Shown: positions 25,889-40,898, counted from the first letter of the stretch. The stretch: 64,000 bases of DNA from Lingula anatina (GCA_051362555.1 CM120641.1:21638001-21702000), one strand, 5' to 3'. The notes: a model not told the origin generated them from the sequence alone. Program-made: numbers and translations.

Positions 25889-27912
25889 GTACCACCAGCG
25901 TGTACGCTGGCGGTACTCATGGTTTTAGTCCCGACCCGTCTCGTACAGCTCCGCCGGCTCCTGCGGCTCCGCCGGCTCCTGCGGCTCCGCCGGCTCCGCA
26001 GTCGGGCGCCAGAAACAAGTCACCGTTACCGCTTCTCCTCCTAGACCACAAGGACCTGTGTCCCCATCTCTTGGATTTAGGTCACATATAATCTCAACTT
26101 GAACACCCTGGTTTTTTTGTCTCTGTTGGTGCATTGGCCTGGGCGTGACGCTTGTTGAAAGGCACCCTTGTCAAAATTTTTGAAAATTCAATGCTAAATA
26201 TCTCCCAAACCAAAGGAATTATGGGAAAAATTACTACAGAAGTCTGACCGAAAGTCATACGTGGAGATTCCAAATATGCCCTTGGATTTGACTTTTGACC
26301 TTTTTTTCAAGGTCAAACAAGCCAAAATTTTCTAAAAATGGGAATTTTCTGCAAAAAAATATTTGTTTGTGCTAATTTTTGGAAACTACACAGCCCTTAG
26401 CTCTCCTGTTATAGTGAGGGGTTACCATTGGGGACTCCTTTCATCTTTGGAAGTTTGGGGTCAATCGGTGCATTTTCACGGGAGAAGCAGCCATTAGATA
26501 TAAAACTGAAAACTCGCTCTAATTCTAGAACAGTAAATGCCAGAGACCTCTTGTTTATTGCATTTTGTAGACCTTGTCAAGTGCAATACTGGAGGTGTGT
26601 CCATTTTTTTGTTTTAGATATGGTTTAGGCGTTTAGGCTATATCAAAAATTACAACATCGCAATATTCAATGGGGAAAATGTGAAATACTCCAAAATTGG
26701 CAAAGATACGCTCATAGTTACTATTGAACTTGAATAGGAAGTCATATACTGGTAATCTAACTGTGACCTTGAAATTGACCTTTGACCTACTTTTCATGAT
26801 GAACTGCACTTTGCAAGTTTTCTGATCTTTATATCTCCAAAACTGGCAAAGATATGCCCATAGTTACTATTGAACTTGAATAGGAAGTCATATACAGGTA
26901 ATCTTACTGTGACCTTGAAATTGACCTTTGACCTACTTTTCAGTACTGCACTTTGCAAGTTTTCTGATCTTGATATCTCCAAAACTGGCAAAAATACGCT
27001 CATAGTTACTATTGAACTTGAATAAGAAGTCACAATCTAAATATGACCCTGAAATTGACCTTTGACCTACTTTTCACCATGAACTGAACTTTGCAAATTT
27101 TCCAGCCCTTATATCTCCAAAACTGGCAAAGATACACCCATAGTTACTGTTGAACTGTAATAGGAAGCCATATACTGGCAATCTTATTGTGACCTTGAAA
27201 TTGACCTTTGACCTACTTTTCACCATGAACTGAACTTTGCAAATTTTCTATTCCTTATATCTCGAAAACTGGCAGAGATACGTCCAAAGTTACTATTGAA
27301 CTTGAACAGGAAGTCATATACAGGCAATCTTACTGTGACCTTGAAATCGACCTTTGACCTACTATTTATGATGGACTGCACTTTGCATGTTTCTTGGCCT
27401 TCATAGCTCCATAATTGGCAAAGAAATGCCCATAGCTACTATTGAACTTATATAGGAAGTCATATACTGTGACCTTGAAATTGACCTTTGACCTACTTTT
27501 TCAACACAAACTGAACTCTGCATATTTTCTTGCCCTTCATATCTTCAAAACTAGCAGAGATCTGCTTACTGTTGTCCCCAGGTTTTCTCTTTTGTCGGCA
27601 TATATGCAATACTGATAACGCATTTCATGGAAAACCAATAGGCCTATTGTCTAGAAAATCACAGGAGTGATCAGTGTTAGGAAAATACAGGTCAATTTGA
27701 ACATCTGCTTGATTGGACCATTTTAACAGTTATGTTTTTTCGATTTTTTTTATTTTTTTATTTTTAGAACTCTTGTTTATTGCATTTTATAGACTGGTGG
27801 TGGTGTCCATTTTTTTTTTTTTTTGGTTGGGGGGGGGGGGTTCCATACGAATGCGCTTACTCCAGCTGGTGGTACAATATCCAGAGGCGGTATCGCCTCT
27901 CTGATCCTCTAG
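25889..27912 (+). mobile_element. HINE-like (Helentron-associated, DINE-1-type architecture) element, copy A, with ~6 x ~146-bp internal tandem repeats
   Basis: 5' subTIR within a hairpin (GTACCACCAGCGTGTACGCTGGCGGTAC, 25889-25916), a short GC-rich micro-repeat (~25948-26000), a tandem array at ~26690-27560, a 3' subTIR GCTGGTGGTAC (27865-27875), a 3' hairpin AGAGGCG-GTAT-CGCCTCT (27883-27900), then CTAG and T-rich flank. No TSD. Confidence 0.85.
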
Positions 27913-28049
27913 TATTTATTTAGAATCTAAAATCCACTTATGTTAACTAGACTCTGCAATATGAATATAGAATATAAAAGGTTAATTAAAGAAAATGGAA
28001 AATCCATTAAAAAAATTGATTTAAATAATGTCTAAAACTTGTATGGGTT

Positions 28050-28620
28050 TCGTACAACACCACACAAAAGTCACAACACTAGGGGAAAGTCCCAACAAAG
28101 AAACTCACAACACAAAACGAACTACACAACAACACTAAAACAAACACACAACACCTAACAAACAGCACGTACAGCAACACCAAATAATACTAACAACACC
28201 AAATAAACTCACAACACCAAACAAACAACACAACACCACACTCACAACACCAAACAAACAACACAACACCAAACTAACAACAAACAAACTCACAATACCA
28301 AACAAACTCACAACACCAAACAAACAACACACAAGATCTTCACAACACCAAACAGACGACACAACAACACACATGAAACTTACAACAAACACACAACACC
28401 AAAGGAACTCACAACACCAAATAAATTCACAAAACCAAACAAACAGTACCAAACAAACACACAACACCAAAGGAACTCACAACACCAAATAAACTCACAA
28501 AACCAAACAAACAGTACCAAACAAACACACAACACCAAAGGAACTCACAACACCAAATAAACTCACAAAACCAAACAAACAGTACCAAACAAATTCACAA
28601 CAGCAAACAAACTCACAAGA
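28050..28620. repeat. CA-rich ~18-bp minisatellite
   Basis: Units resemble CACAACACCAAACAAACT, with a ~68-bp higher-order block repeated three times from ~28392. Confidence 0.9.
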
Positions 28621-29072
28621 GCAGGGGGTGCTTTGAATAAGGAGGCTAGCAAGCCTTCAGAGTATCTAGTGTGCACCAGATGACCACTCAAACTTGACCC
28701 ACTAAAATGGTCAAAGAATTATCGATCAATAATAAAGGATAGAAATTAAAGAGTAGAAGCAGTTCCAACTCTTGTCTTTTTTCTGAGCATGCCACATGAT
28801 TTGAACTGTGCTTATTTGATATACTATCAGCTAAAATTTTTATATTTATCTTTATAATATATACAGCGCCATACTGTAACAAGTCATAAAATAAAAGAAC
28901 TGGTTAAATTTAAGTTTTATATCTATGATGTTATTGACTAAACACACACCAAAATATGCACACATGCACTTATGTATTTTACACACACGTGCACACACAC
29001 ACATACACACATGCACACACACACACATGCACACACACACACACACACACACATGCACATGTATTTACAAAC

Positions 29073-31830
29073 CTCCTGTTTTTCCATGAAGATACATTCT
29101 GGCCGAATGTCCCAAAGTAAAACTCGCTTCTCAAGAAGAAAATCCATAGTTTCCCCAATGTCACATGTCCATGCAATTATCTGATTAACATCTACTTTGT
29201 TATCGCGTATATATTCCAAAATGTCCATCTTTGCTTCTGTAGATATCTCTACCTGTTCATGCATAACAAAAAGAGAACAGAATTTACAAGTATGCTCTCA
29301 GTTAGTGTAGAAATTGAAAAGTCTAAATTTTTCTCAATATGAGTAACAATACTACACAGATTAATTTCCATTAGAATATGAGAGAATATATTTTTATGTA
29401 AAGTTTCATGACATTTCTTAATCAATTAGGGGTAGGGGAACAAAAAAAATTGTTGTACTTTTTGTTTAAGTCAAATAATATTCTTCAGAAACAAGGCAGC
29501 AAAACTGTCAAATATACAGACACAATGCAGAAAATAACATTTAAAGTGTACAGAACAGGGTTTTGGTCAATTTAGATGCCATATCACATAATGTTTAACA
29601 GCAAAATCAACACCAAATTTTAATTTGCACATCAGGTAACATGTATGTAAGAAAATGTAATAGCAAAGAGCTTCAGAACCATGGAATTTCAAAGTCACGC
29701 CTTGAAAATGCCAATTGTGTGAAAAATGAACATTTTACAAAAAAAAGTCCATAACTTAAAGAGCAGATGAATTAATGTTATGGGTATATGTACAAACACA
29801 TTGTGTTGGTACATGAAAAATACTTTTCAAATTAATAGATTATTGTACCACCAGCGTTAGCGCTGGCGGTACACATGGTTTTAGTCCCGTCCGGTCTGTT
29901 CCGCCGGCTCCGCCAGCTCCGCAGCCATGTTACCGTTACCGCTTCTTCTCCTAGACGGCAAGGGCCCCCATACCCATCTCTTGGATTTAGGTCACCTATA
30001 ATCTCAACTCATTCCACGTAAAATTTGGGCTTTGTCGGTATTGGGGTCTAGGTGTGGCATTCATTGCAATGCACCCTTGTCCAAAAATGGCAAAATTAAA
30101 TGCTAATTATCTACCCTACGGAAGGAATTATGGGAAAAATTTCTACAGACGGCTTTCCAAAAGTCATATGTGTAGATTTCAAATATGCCCTTGGATTTGA
30201 CCTTTGACCTTTATTTCAAGGTCAAACGGGCCAAAATAACTTAAAGAGTCCATACTGGCAATCTTACTAAGACCTTAAAATTGACCTTTGACCTACTTTT
30301 CACCATGAACTGAACTTTGCAAATTTTGCTTCCCTTTTATCTCCAAAACTGGCAGAGATAGGTCCATAGTTACTATTGAAGTTGAATAGGAAGTCATATA
30401 CTGGCAATCTTACTGTGACCTTGAAATTGACCTTTGACCTACTTTTCACCATGAACTGAACTTTGCAAATTTTGCTTCCCTTCTATCTCCAAAACTGGTA
30501 GAGATAGGCCCATAGTTACTATTGAACTTGAATAGGAAGTCATATACTGGCAATCTAAATGTGACCTTGAAATTGACCTTTGACCTACTTTACACCATAA
30601 ACTGAACTTTGCAACTTTTTAATGCTTTGCAACTTTTTAATGCTTTTATTTTCAGAGATACGCCCATAGTTACTATTGAATTTGAATAGGAAGACATATA
30701 CTGGCAATCTTACTGTGACCTTGAAATTGAACTTTGACCTACCTTTCGATGAACTTTAATTTGATTGTACCATTTTTAGTTATATATATTTTTTTGCATA
30801 TTTTGAAAATTCTTGTTGATTGCATTTTTACAGCTTGTCAAGCACAAGACTGGTGGCTGTGTCCCTTATTTTGTGTATGTGGGGGTCTGTACGAATGCGC
30901 TTGCTCCAGCTGGTGGTACAATATTCGGAGGCGGTATCGCCTCTCTAATCCTCTAGTTATTATTATATTTCAATTACACTATTGAGGACACAAAAGGATG
31001 ATACAGGAAAAGGAATCAATGAAGATGATGAATATACATTTCTTCCATATTTGAAAATAAAAATAGAATAAAATTTAGGCTTATAAACATTACAAATGTT
31101 ATACTCCCTTTTAAAAGATGTTTGAAATGTGATAGTGGAACAATTTTGAAAAAATTATAATATACAAACAAGAAGAATTTTGCTTTTTTTTCAATTTCTA
31201 ACTAAATTCTTTTCTTGGTTACCTGGTTTTATATCTCCATGAAATGAGAAATCACACATTAAGACAGTTTTTTAATAAACCCAAGTGGTACTTCTGATAC
31301 GCTTGTGTTATCAGGACATAAAAAACCCCAGTTGATGATACTTTTAATACACATGCTTGCAAATTTTATTTATCACATCGTTACCTTTGTTTTATGGGTT
31401 CCATTGATATTTCATGAATATTTCAGTGTCTGGAAATGGTTTTTGCTGTGAAGCAGATTTCCGCCACTGGTGGTTAGCCAAGCAACCAAAGGACATGTTG
31501 ACAAGCAAAGGGCCACAATGACAATTTAGCAGATAATAATTTACCAACAGTCTCATTTTTCTTCACAGTTGAATTATTAGTTTTAGCCACTTTTAATAGC
31601 AATGGTATATTCGTATAGCAGTCTATGCGCAAACAAATTTCAATTCGGGTTGCTTGATAATCACAGTTTATTGTCAATAAAAAATCATGTCAATAGCCTA
31701 GGGAATTCCTTGGTACCAGTGACTGACCCCCTAAGTGTCCGTGGTTTTGCAGTTTGCCATCCTTTGAACGTCAGTAAAATTGATAACTTGATGGCCCCAA
31801 GATGGCTGCATGGAAGGATTTGACAAAAGC
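29073..31830 (-). pseudogene. Decayed protein-kinase-like locus
   Basis: An exon-like 180-nt segment 29252-29073 (AG/GT bounded) encodes QIIAWTCDIGETMDFLLEKRVLLWDIRPECIF, which resembles kinase helix E and the catalytic loop. A stop-interrupted segment at 31830-31223 contains LLLKVAK...KKNE and FHGDIKP followed by a GT donor. Confidence 0.4.
29845..30956 (+). mobile_element. HINE-like element, copy B, with ~3.5 internal 146-bp repeats
   Basis: Same terminal hairpins and subTIRs as copy A. Tandem array at ~30250-30750; ends in CTCTAG followed by TT. Confidence 0.85.
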
Positions 31831-34507
31831 TAAAAAAAACCCATTTTAGCCCTAGCTGAGTTTTTCAGCTGTAAAATTAAATATTTAAATACCTGATTTT
31901 CATCCCACGTTAATTTATATCTGAATTTCACAAACTAGCTTAAATTCATTGTAAGATGGCATTTTAGTGTGGCTCGTGTCCGTCTTCTTAGCTCTCCCAA
32001 GTGGCCTCTCTCAATCTAATATCAAATTTTACTTCTGAACCTTTCATCCAAATGCTTTACATGTACTAGTAATAATGCTGCACTAGGTATATAGTGCGCG
32101 GTACATACAGGACCGCTTGTTTAGTGGTGCTGAGCCTGAACCTATAACGTATGGCCACTATATGCGCAGAAACGAGTGGATGGTGAATAAAGCTACAAAA
32201 ATGGGGTTTGTGCTCTAAAAGTGTTCGTTTTTATTGCCTAGCATTAAGATAAGTATTTCGAAAAAAAAATGAATTATAATAATAAAAAGACGAAAAAGAT
32301 GAAGAAACGGAAAAAAATTATTCTGCCAAACGTGGGTATTTATACCGTATCGAATCTCCTAAGGGTACATTCTATACAAAAATTTCGCAACAAATCTAAT
32401 TTATTCGAGTATAAGCAGTTTTTCCATGCCAGTACCTACGACTCACTGCTCGACCCGCCCAGAATTTGAATTCAATGTTTTGTTATTCCATTACTTTTAA
32501 GAAGGAAATATCGACATCGGGTTGATCATGTTTGAGGGGTAAAATCATTTTAAAGGTGTAGATTTGGACAGATCAGTTGCTTTGCAAGATATTTAGACTC
32601 AATTATGTAACTATAGGATATTTTCAAGCCCGTATAGAATATCTTTAGGGGATGGTATTCCGATAAAACCACGTGTACGGTTTAACCCCCCCCCCTTTTA
32701 CACCAAGCGGCGACCTTTGCCCCTCCCTTGTGCTGCCAATATTATCGGTGAATAACTTAACCAGGACGCTCAATAGTCGCCTAAACCAGAAAATTATTTC
32801 TCTGTGTAACTGCTCCGGAGACCTTGGTGCTCCTTCTGAACTTGGACGAATCCCTTTCTTTTAGACGTATGTGACTTGGCCAAGTTGATTTTGTGTCGTT
32901 AAAGCTAAGTAACAGGTGAAATGACATTACCATGTTTATCTCGTCTTCCACCGGGAGCTTAAGTTAGATTTGGACCCATGGATCCAAGGATTAGGCAAAC
33001 TCACAGGCCCATATGGGGTATAGTTCAAACTGCCTTGAATCCAACTTTTAAACTTTGGTAATGAAGACGTTTTTTTGTGCATCGATTCGCATCTGATACC
33101 CACTAACACGACTCCCAGGGATTAGTAAATGTGAATTGCACACAAATAAGCCAACCATCCAATTCTAGGCTCTTGGAGACTAATTCGTTTCAACTCCATC
33201 CATTAGAGTCTTATTAACAAGTAAAACCGTTTCTGGTAGTCAACGTGACGCGTTACAAACACATTAAGTGTGCTTTTCGCATTTATTTCTTTTCTTCTTT
33301 CTTTCTTTCTTTTTGATAAAAAGTGTGGTCCCTTTTAGTTTATTGGCGACTGATCCGTTTTTCACACATTTTTTTTTTTCAAATTCATTTGGCAGAAGTG
33401 AAAAATCTGCAAAATTGCTCTGTCAACAACAACAAGAATTGTTTTTACATGTACTAGTAATATGCGCATCAAAGAAGTCGCCGTAGTGCTTACTACATGC
33501 ACACGTAGATATGATGCAGCAAATTTATGGCGAATCTTTGTAACTCATTCACTATCTCACTTTGCGCAAATGATGAATTTGTGATGTAGAAAATTACATG
33601 TAACTATTTTTTGTCTGAACTAAATTTTAAATATAAATTGTTTTTCTATTCATATTGCATTAAAAGTGTTGCAGGACATATAACTGATCGTCGAGCAAAG
33701 TCATCTACAAGAAGGGAAATGTGGGTTTATTATACATTTACAAGTTATCGCTATAGACAGATAAATCACCGCCCTTTGATTAGCTGAATGAAATATTTAA
33801 AGTACCACTTTCCCTTGGTTATTGTAGAAACTGCATCTTTGTTGTCAAAATACCTCCCCACCCTATTAGTGATCTTTTGAATGAAGTAATTTTAAATTGC
33901 ATGGTACTTATGTCCTCCTAAACCAGTACTTAATTAAGGATATAGGCCTTTTCTTTTAAACTAAAAACGGAGGATTAATCAATTGGATGAGAAACAATGG
34001 CGTTGAAGACTAGAAGAATCAATTTCGCCCAGAGGTGATTGACGCAATAGTCCGGAAGTTTTCACCATTAATCTATAAATGTCCTTTCTATCCCCGCCAT
34101 ATTGAGTTAAGAGTGCAAGTGCGAACATCTTCACCCGTTCAGGAAGTAGTATTTCAAGCGTCTTTAGTCTGAAAGCTCCAACGACCATGTAAGACAGCAT
34201 CTAAAGAAAAAAAGACGTTACAGGCATAGGCGTAGGAGTGGGGGAGGGGGGAGTCTATGTTGAAGTTAAGCCTCTCCACTTTCTTCCACCACGTCAGCCA
34301 TAAGCGCGAATAGCAGGAGCAACAAAGAGGACCCCCTCTCCCGTCGCATTTTTTCTTTTTCTTTTATGTCCCGATGCAAGTAAAATTGCTTCCGGATAGA
34401 GCATGGGAACATCTAGGTGCTTGAGAACCTATTAGTTTCACAAGAACGGAAGGCGTAAAAAAAGTTGAATTGATTAACTTACGTCGATGAGTTTACGTAT
34501 TTTGCAA

Positions 34508-34542
<35 letters not shown>

Positions 34543-36978
34543 ATCGGCCAAAAACCAAGAAATACCTTAGTCCTAAATGTCGATCCGCTTTTTTTCCCTA
34601 TGAAGAAATTATTCATGTAACAAGACATTTGATTTGTCATTTGGTATCCTATAGATTTTCGGTTTGATGAGATGAAACTAATGACGCCACAACCACAATT
34701 TAATTAACAGACAAAGTGCTAAAATGCTTAAGCGAGCTAAGAATACACAAAGTGCGTGATTAGCACTCTCTTCCAGAGGCCACATGGGTAATGACGTCAT
34801 TTTTGTGCAAAAAGATTCTCGCTGGACAGTACACAAGTACACAAGGACACAAATGTTCACAGCTTAAAAACCAGAGAAATTTCCGGGAACATGTAGTGAA
34901 AAAATCACTCTGTGACCCCGATAAAGGGTACGTGACAAGCGCGTGGTGTTTTCCAATCATTTACCTAGGTCTCCGACGGCGCACATCGCCTGGGTAAAAA
35001 GCATTGTTGTGTTGGACAATCAGAGTTATGTAACAGTTATAGTTTGACGTCTGTCTAAGCGTCTGATCTTCTTTTTCACTGCATGTTACAGCAATGATTT
35101 AGCATTTATTGCCAGTGATATGCAAAGCTTGAAGTATTGTATGTCAGTTTTGCTAGCATGAGCAAAGCACACTATATCTTCAACGGATCACTCAATTAAT
35201 ATCAGATTACGTTTGCGCTGAATGGAAGTGGTTTGATTAGCTTTGAGAAATTGCTCATTTCGTTTTTTGGCTTGAATTCTGTTACTCGTGTCAACATGTT
35301 ATCCTTACTCTTCCCTTTTCTTACCCCTGAAAGGAATCTTTCCCTTTTTTTCTCTCTGTCGCTCGGTATATTTTAAGCAGGATAATATCGTTCCTTTTAA
35401 TTCCTCAGAGGCATACATCTACATTCATTTTGTTTCGTTCTGACTTTTTTAACGTGGTTCGTCACAGAATGTTCCTTTTTTCTGTATTTTTTTCTACACA
35501 AATGATACGGAGGTGTATTTACATACCATTTAGTTACCTTATTACTGGTGCCATTTATGCCAACACATCAAACCGATGCCCCTAGGGTCAAGTTGGTGAC
35601 ATATAATAAAATTTGCAAAAAAGAATTGGACCAACCATTTTTTTTCAGATTAAAAACAAATTGTCTCAGGTACTTTGGAAATCACACAAGTACCTAAATC
35701 ATTGTGGGGTTACAAGTATATTCACCCTTTTTTTAATGTGACTCTCTAGATCTCTCTTTTGTTCCAGTGAAACGAGATTTTTGATAAAATTTCTTTCAAC
35801 CTTTTCGTATAGAATTAATTTCTGATGTTCTCTTTACCGCCCTAAGTGTGTTGTTAGATGAAAACTGAAACCAGAAAAAAAATTAAAGACATTTTACGGA
35901 GAGACGTCTGCACGACTCTGCCTTTTTATTAAGTTGTCGTTGACAAAGCTTTCGAGACAAAACACAAAAGGCCGCAGAGTATGGTAACTGAGTCTTGAAC
36001 AGGGTGTAATAGGACACTAGGAGAAAAAGACAAAGATGCATCACCTTAACAATAAAAAGCTAAAAGCCAAATAATCGAAAAGGATAAGAATGTGGTTTTA
36101 AACATGATAACTCTCATTCCGATGACGCAAATTAACAAGATAAAATGTACGTGATTCTACAACAAAAAAGACTATGGATTCACTTATCGGTTTACTTTGC
36201 TGTTTAAAAAGGCACCAGACGATACACTGTAACTTAAACGGTATGGAATTTGTTGATGAAAAAACTTTTCAAGAAATAGATATTCAGCTCCGTGGGCTTG
36301 GCGTCATTGGCTTTATGCTTATGTTCAGTTGGCGGGCTTGAAATAACTACATGTTTGATCTGCAATCTGCGCATGGCACGAAGCTGGTATTGTCCAATTG
36401 ACTAGCCCCTTGCGTATATATAGTCTTAATGTACTTCGAGTTCATCAAACAAATTTTTGCGTTGAAGTGATCCTGCGAGCGCAGTGATATCAGTCCCCCG
36501 CATCTTATCAGGAGCTTATCTCAGGATTAAATACACGCTGAGAGCGGGGGCAATCGATTAACAAGGATACTTCCCTGCTTATGAAATATTAATTCTTGCA
36601 CAGCTTTGCGAGCGCATGAACTGACAGAGTAATTGCTTATGTCGAAAGTAAAAGTTGATGCACATGGGCAGTTAAGACATAGTTAGAAGAGCTTTTGACA
36701 GGAAAAGAATTGCTTCCAGTCGCTTAACAGGAATTAGCAGGAGCTTCTCCTTTAAATACCCTCACGAATTTATTGTAATTAGTTCGACCAGGGGGGATAT
36801 AGATACAAACGCTAATCCTAGAGGATACCTTCTGCATTTGGAAGAGAGAACCCATTTCTGCTATCACAGAATTTTCGCAGTATTGGCATCAAGTGGAAAA
36901 AGCTTTTCCAGTTAAAACTAGCGCTTCAATACTTTTTCAATAGGTTTTTAGCAAATGTACATTAATGGACACGGAGCC

Positions 36979-39900
36979 ATGAGGCGGCTCAAACTTACAC
37001 CGTACGTCTTACTTTGTGTTCTGTGCTACATTCTTTATACAGAAGGTAAGTGATTTGGGCATATCCGTTGTCATAATTGGAGTTAATCCTGATGGAACTT
37101 GTTCACTAATGAAACCAATTGAAATGGCATAGAGATCCATTTTTAAATTGAAGTAAAATGGTTTAGAGACAATGTTTTGATTTTGATTTAACGTGATTTT
37201 TGCATTAGTAGAAAAATATCAACAACCTAATAAAAATATTATGATGCATTTCGGCCATTCAATGCATTTAAAGGTATACGCGAATATAAGGAACAAAATG
37301 TAATTAATTATCTGCAGATCGTTTAAGTTTTAACAAGGAGAGGTGGTCAACTGTACCAAACAAAGCTAACAATAACGGTTTCACTTGTGCGAGATTTGCT
37401 CATAAATATCGTTTCTGAAACTTTGAATTGGGTGATCAAGGTTAAGTTACACAGATTTTAGTGACAAACTGAAAAATTGCTGTCTCGCTCAATGCTGCTC
37501 TGTTGCTTATCGTCGTTATTGATAATTGGCACTCAAGATAGAATCCCAGACCTTGCAATCAAGAACAAAAACTATTGACTTTTTTTTCTCTTGCGTAACG
37601 TAACCTGTTAACTTTATTACTTTGGGGTGCTTTCAGAACAGGAAACGTGTCGGAAACTCGGTGATACTGGTCGATATTTTAAACCTATCCGTAGTTTAAG
37701 TAAACAGCTTTAGGGCAAATGAAGACGTTTTTATCTAAGATAGATATTAAAATAGTATTTGGGGGCCAAGGTTAATTCATTGAAGGGACCTGATCATTCA
37801 AGAAATCACGAATTTCTTGTCGTCTTTCGCTATGGTGAAAAAGTTCTCATCGGTAAGATCATATAATGTTTTTGAAACATACTCATAACCTTTAAGTATA
37901 TGCGTGGCATGTGACATGTAGCAGAGTGTCAAATCTACTTTCATTTTCTTCTCGAGTCTGTTTTTTATATCACTTTATAATAAAAGAAAATGATTTTTTG
38001 AAAAGTTGTGTATAAAAAAGCCATTCCTGGTAATGTTTCACTCGATAAATAAAAACGGGCATCTAACCACATGGTTTTATCCAACTTTTAGTTCCATTGA
38101 TATTGCAATTATGACAGAAACTCTCGTCAGACAGGTGTGAGAATACGTATACAGAGTTTGTTGCAAAAAAGTGAGCACGAACGAAGAAAAACAATGTGCA
38201 AAATTCGTGTTATGCATAAAACATTTGACGCACCTTTCATGGTGATATATTTGAAAACGGTTTCTATTCCAAGCATTGTGGCATAATTTTCTGCATAAAA
38301 TTTCGAATGGAAGAAAGAGAAAAAAAAGTTCATAAAGAATTTTTCTGCTGCACAGTAGCTTCCACAGAATGTCGAGTGTCCTAAAGTGGGAATGTATTGG
38401 ATTATTTAAAAAAGAAGCGTTATTTTCTTTAAAGGGTACTTTTGTCATATATATTTATTTGTTAACTTTAAATTGCTCTTCCAAAGCAAAATAAATTAAC
38501 ATTATCAACTGTGTGGTTTAAAGTTTCGCTGTTTTCTTTACAACTTGCTATACTTAAATTTCATGTACAAAGTGGACCCCCTGGACACCATTAAACAGCT
38601 AGCACCATCACGTCAGAGTGAAATTTGAACCCCAAATGACCCACAATGAGGGAGGGGGATCACGTTTCATATTCCAGTAATATGCCCTTTTTTCCTTTTA
38701 GTGGCAAGAGTTTGCAGTTATTACCCTGAATGATATTAGTTTTGTGCTAAAACTCAGAAAAATCTAAAAATCACTAGGGGATTATAGGCCGTTAACCCAT
38801 TAGTGAAAAATCTTGAGTGGCGCTCCGTGAAAGGATAGCGAGAAAGTTTTTAGAGTCTCGCCTTATTGATTTACTGGATTTGCCCCTGCTAACTCACTGG
38901 TGAAAGTTTTATCAGTTTGATTATCGGGAGTGCATCTTCTATAGAATTAATAATAACGGTAAGACATTCTTGGTCTTATATATATGTCCAAGTCAAGTGG
39001 ACGGAAATGCAGAGGTTTGAGGGGAAGAGACACAAACGTTCACGCACAAACTGCGAACTAACGCTTGTTTTGACTACTCACTCAAGTTTCGTCTACACGT
39101 ATGCAACGTTGTCTGTTACAAGAAAATTGAAAAATGGTTTATTGTTGGTTTATTAAAAGTGAAAACCTGTGAGGATTTTATTTTTATAAGAGCAAAACAA
39201 TTAATGTTTTGCATAAGAGGGGAAATGGAACGATGTTATGGAACTTTGAGAAAGAACAGATACAGTATAGTATCGACGAATAGTAAAAGGTATACAATAA
39301 GTGCACAGATATATAACGAAATTTATCCCATGCATGTGTTCTAGTTCAAGTGAAATATTTTAGGCCATGATGTATTCTTATTCAAGTCATTTTGATGCAT
39401 TAATCATTGTTTAATCGATAGTTTGGAATGCATTTGCATAGTATTGTTATTTCTTTGTTGACCACCATTAACCGTGACTAAAATGCGTTGAAAATGAAAT
39501 TGATTATCAATATACCTGTTGGGCCATGTGGATAATGAAAGCAGTGTAATATTCCAAAATACTAGAAGCAAGGTTCAGAAGTTTACTTCCACCACAACTA
39601 GAGATGTTTTTAATTGAAATGTTAACAGGTGTCAAGCGCTTTGAAACATTTCCTTTTGATATCACAGGGGCCACTAAAAAAGTATACAAAATTGAAGAAG
39701 ATACAATAATTCTGTAAGAGACTACTAACGGCTACTGTGGTCAAAGAGTAATTCTGTAATAGTGCGCGTGTTTTTTTTTTCTTTTTTTTTGTTTGTGTGT
39801 GTTTGTTTGTTTGTTTCAAAAAGTTGTTCATATTTCAGCGGACAACACATTTCATCGACATTAGATGAAGTAAAATGATTTTTCATAATATCGCAACCTA

Positions 39901-40898
39901 TCCTGAGATAGGGTGTTTTCATCAGAAGAGTTCACGAAATTTTGAATCGATTACAATATTCACAGCATGATGTTATTCTAGGTTGGCAGTATTGTTAGCA
40001 GTCTCAAGGATGGCAATTGTGGGTGGCAAATGATTATTCTAAGTAAGCAAATAAAAATACCCATTAATTATGCATCCAATCGATCTTTTTCCGAGTGACG
40101 ACGTAAGAAGCTTAAAAAAGGTCATTGTAACGACCAATGAAAGTCAATCTTAATTGTTGAGATACAGGACTTTTGATGAGACGGAAAGGATCGTAGAAAT
40201 AATACCACTTTGTATTTTCTATTTTTGTCTACGATGTCGGCAGAATTAAAGTTGCTTTTATGAATATCTCTCGTTAAGAGTGTCTCTTGACACGTGGATT
40301 AACTGTGTCTAATTTTGGTCAAATCATTAGATGAAAGGAGGTCGTAACCTTAACATTTTATCTTGCCAATTAATGATATTCCAACATGCTCACGTGCTGA
40401 CTGAAATAAATGTTCCTACTTGTTCCCAAGCTAAACAATTACTAGTTATACTTCAACTTCCACTGTTTTCTCGAGTAGGATAGCAACTGCACTTCAATCA
40501 TCAAGCGCCGGTGGCGTACTGATTGGCAGTGATAGACAGTGATAGACCTTTCATTAATGAGATTATATGGTGATAAACCTGCGCTTTATTACAGGGCGGG
40601 ATACAATAGTCTTATTGGACGTCACACATCAAAATTGCCGCCTTGAGAAGAAGCAAGGATAATACCTTCCGAGTCTAACCCTGGGGCTTTGATTAAAGTA
40701 TGCAGTTGAAATACATTTTCCGCCAAAATAGTAGGAATAAAGATTTAATACTGGCTTTGTTAAAAATATTCCTTGGCACACAACTCGCGTGATTCTAGAA
40801 TGTTTACCACTTCACAATGACTAAAATCATATCAAATTTGTCGCCTTTATTTTTGCATTGTGGAATGATATTATTGATAATAGAGAATTAAACAAACA

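Noticed and set aside
26690-27560. Regularly spaced repeats resembling a CRISPR array
   Set aside because: The whole ~146-bp unit is repeated, with no unique spacers. The context is eukaryotic, there are no cas genes, and the array lies inside a HINE.
28135-29184. Cys/Val-rich and His/Thr-rich ORFs
   Set aside because: Translations of the CA-rich minisatellite and (CA)n microsatellite.
33979-34200. 73-aa minus-strand ORF behind a good splice acceptor
   Set aside because: No recognisable motif and no linkable downstream exon. It may belong to the decayed kinase-like locus, but this is unsupported.
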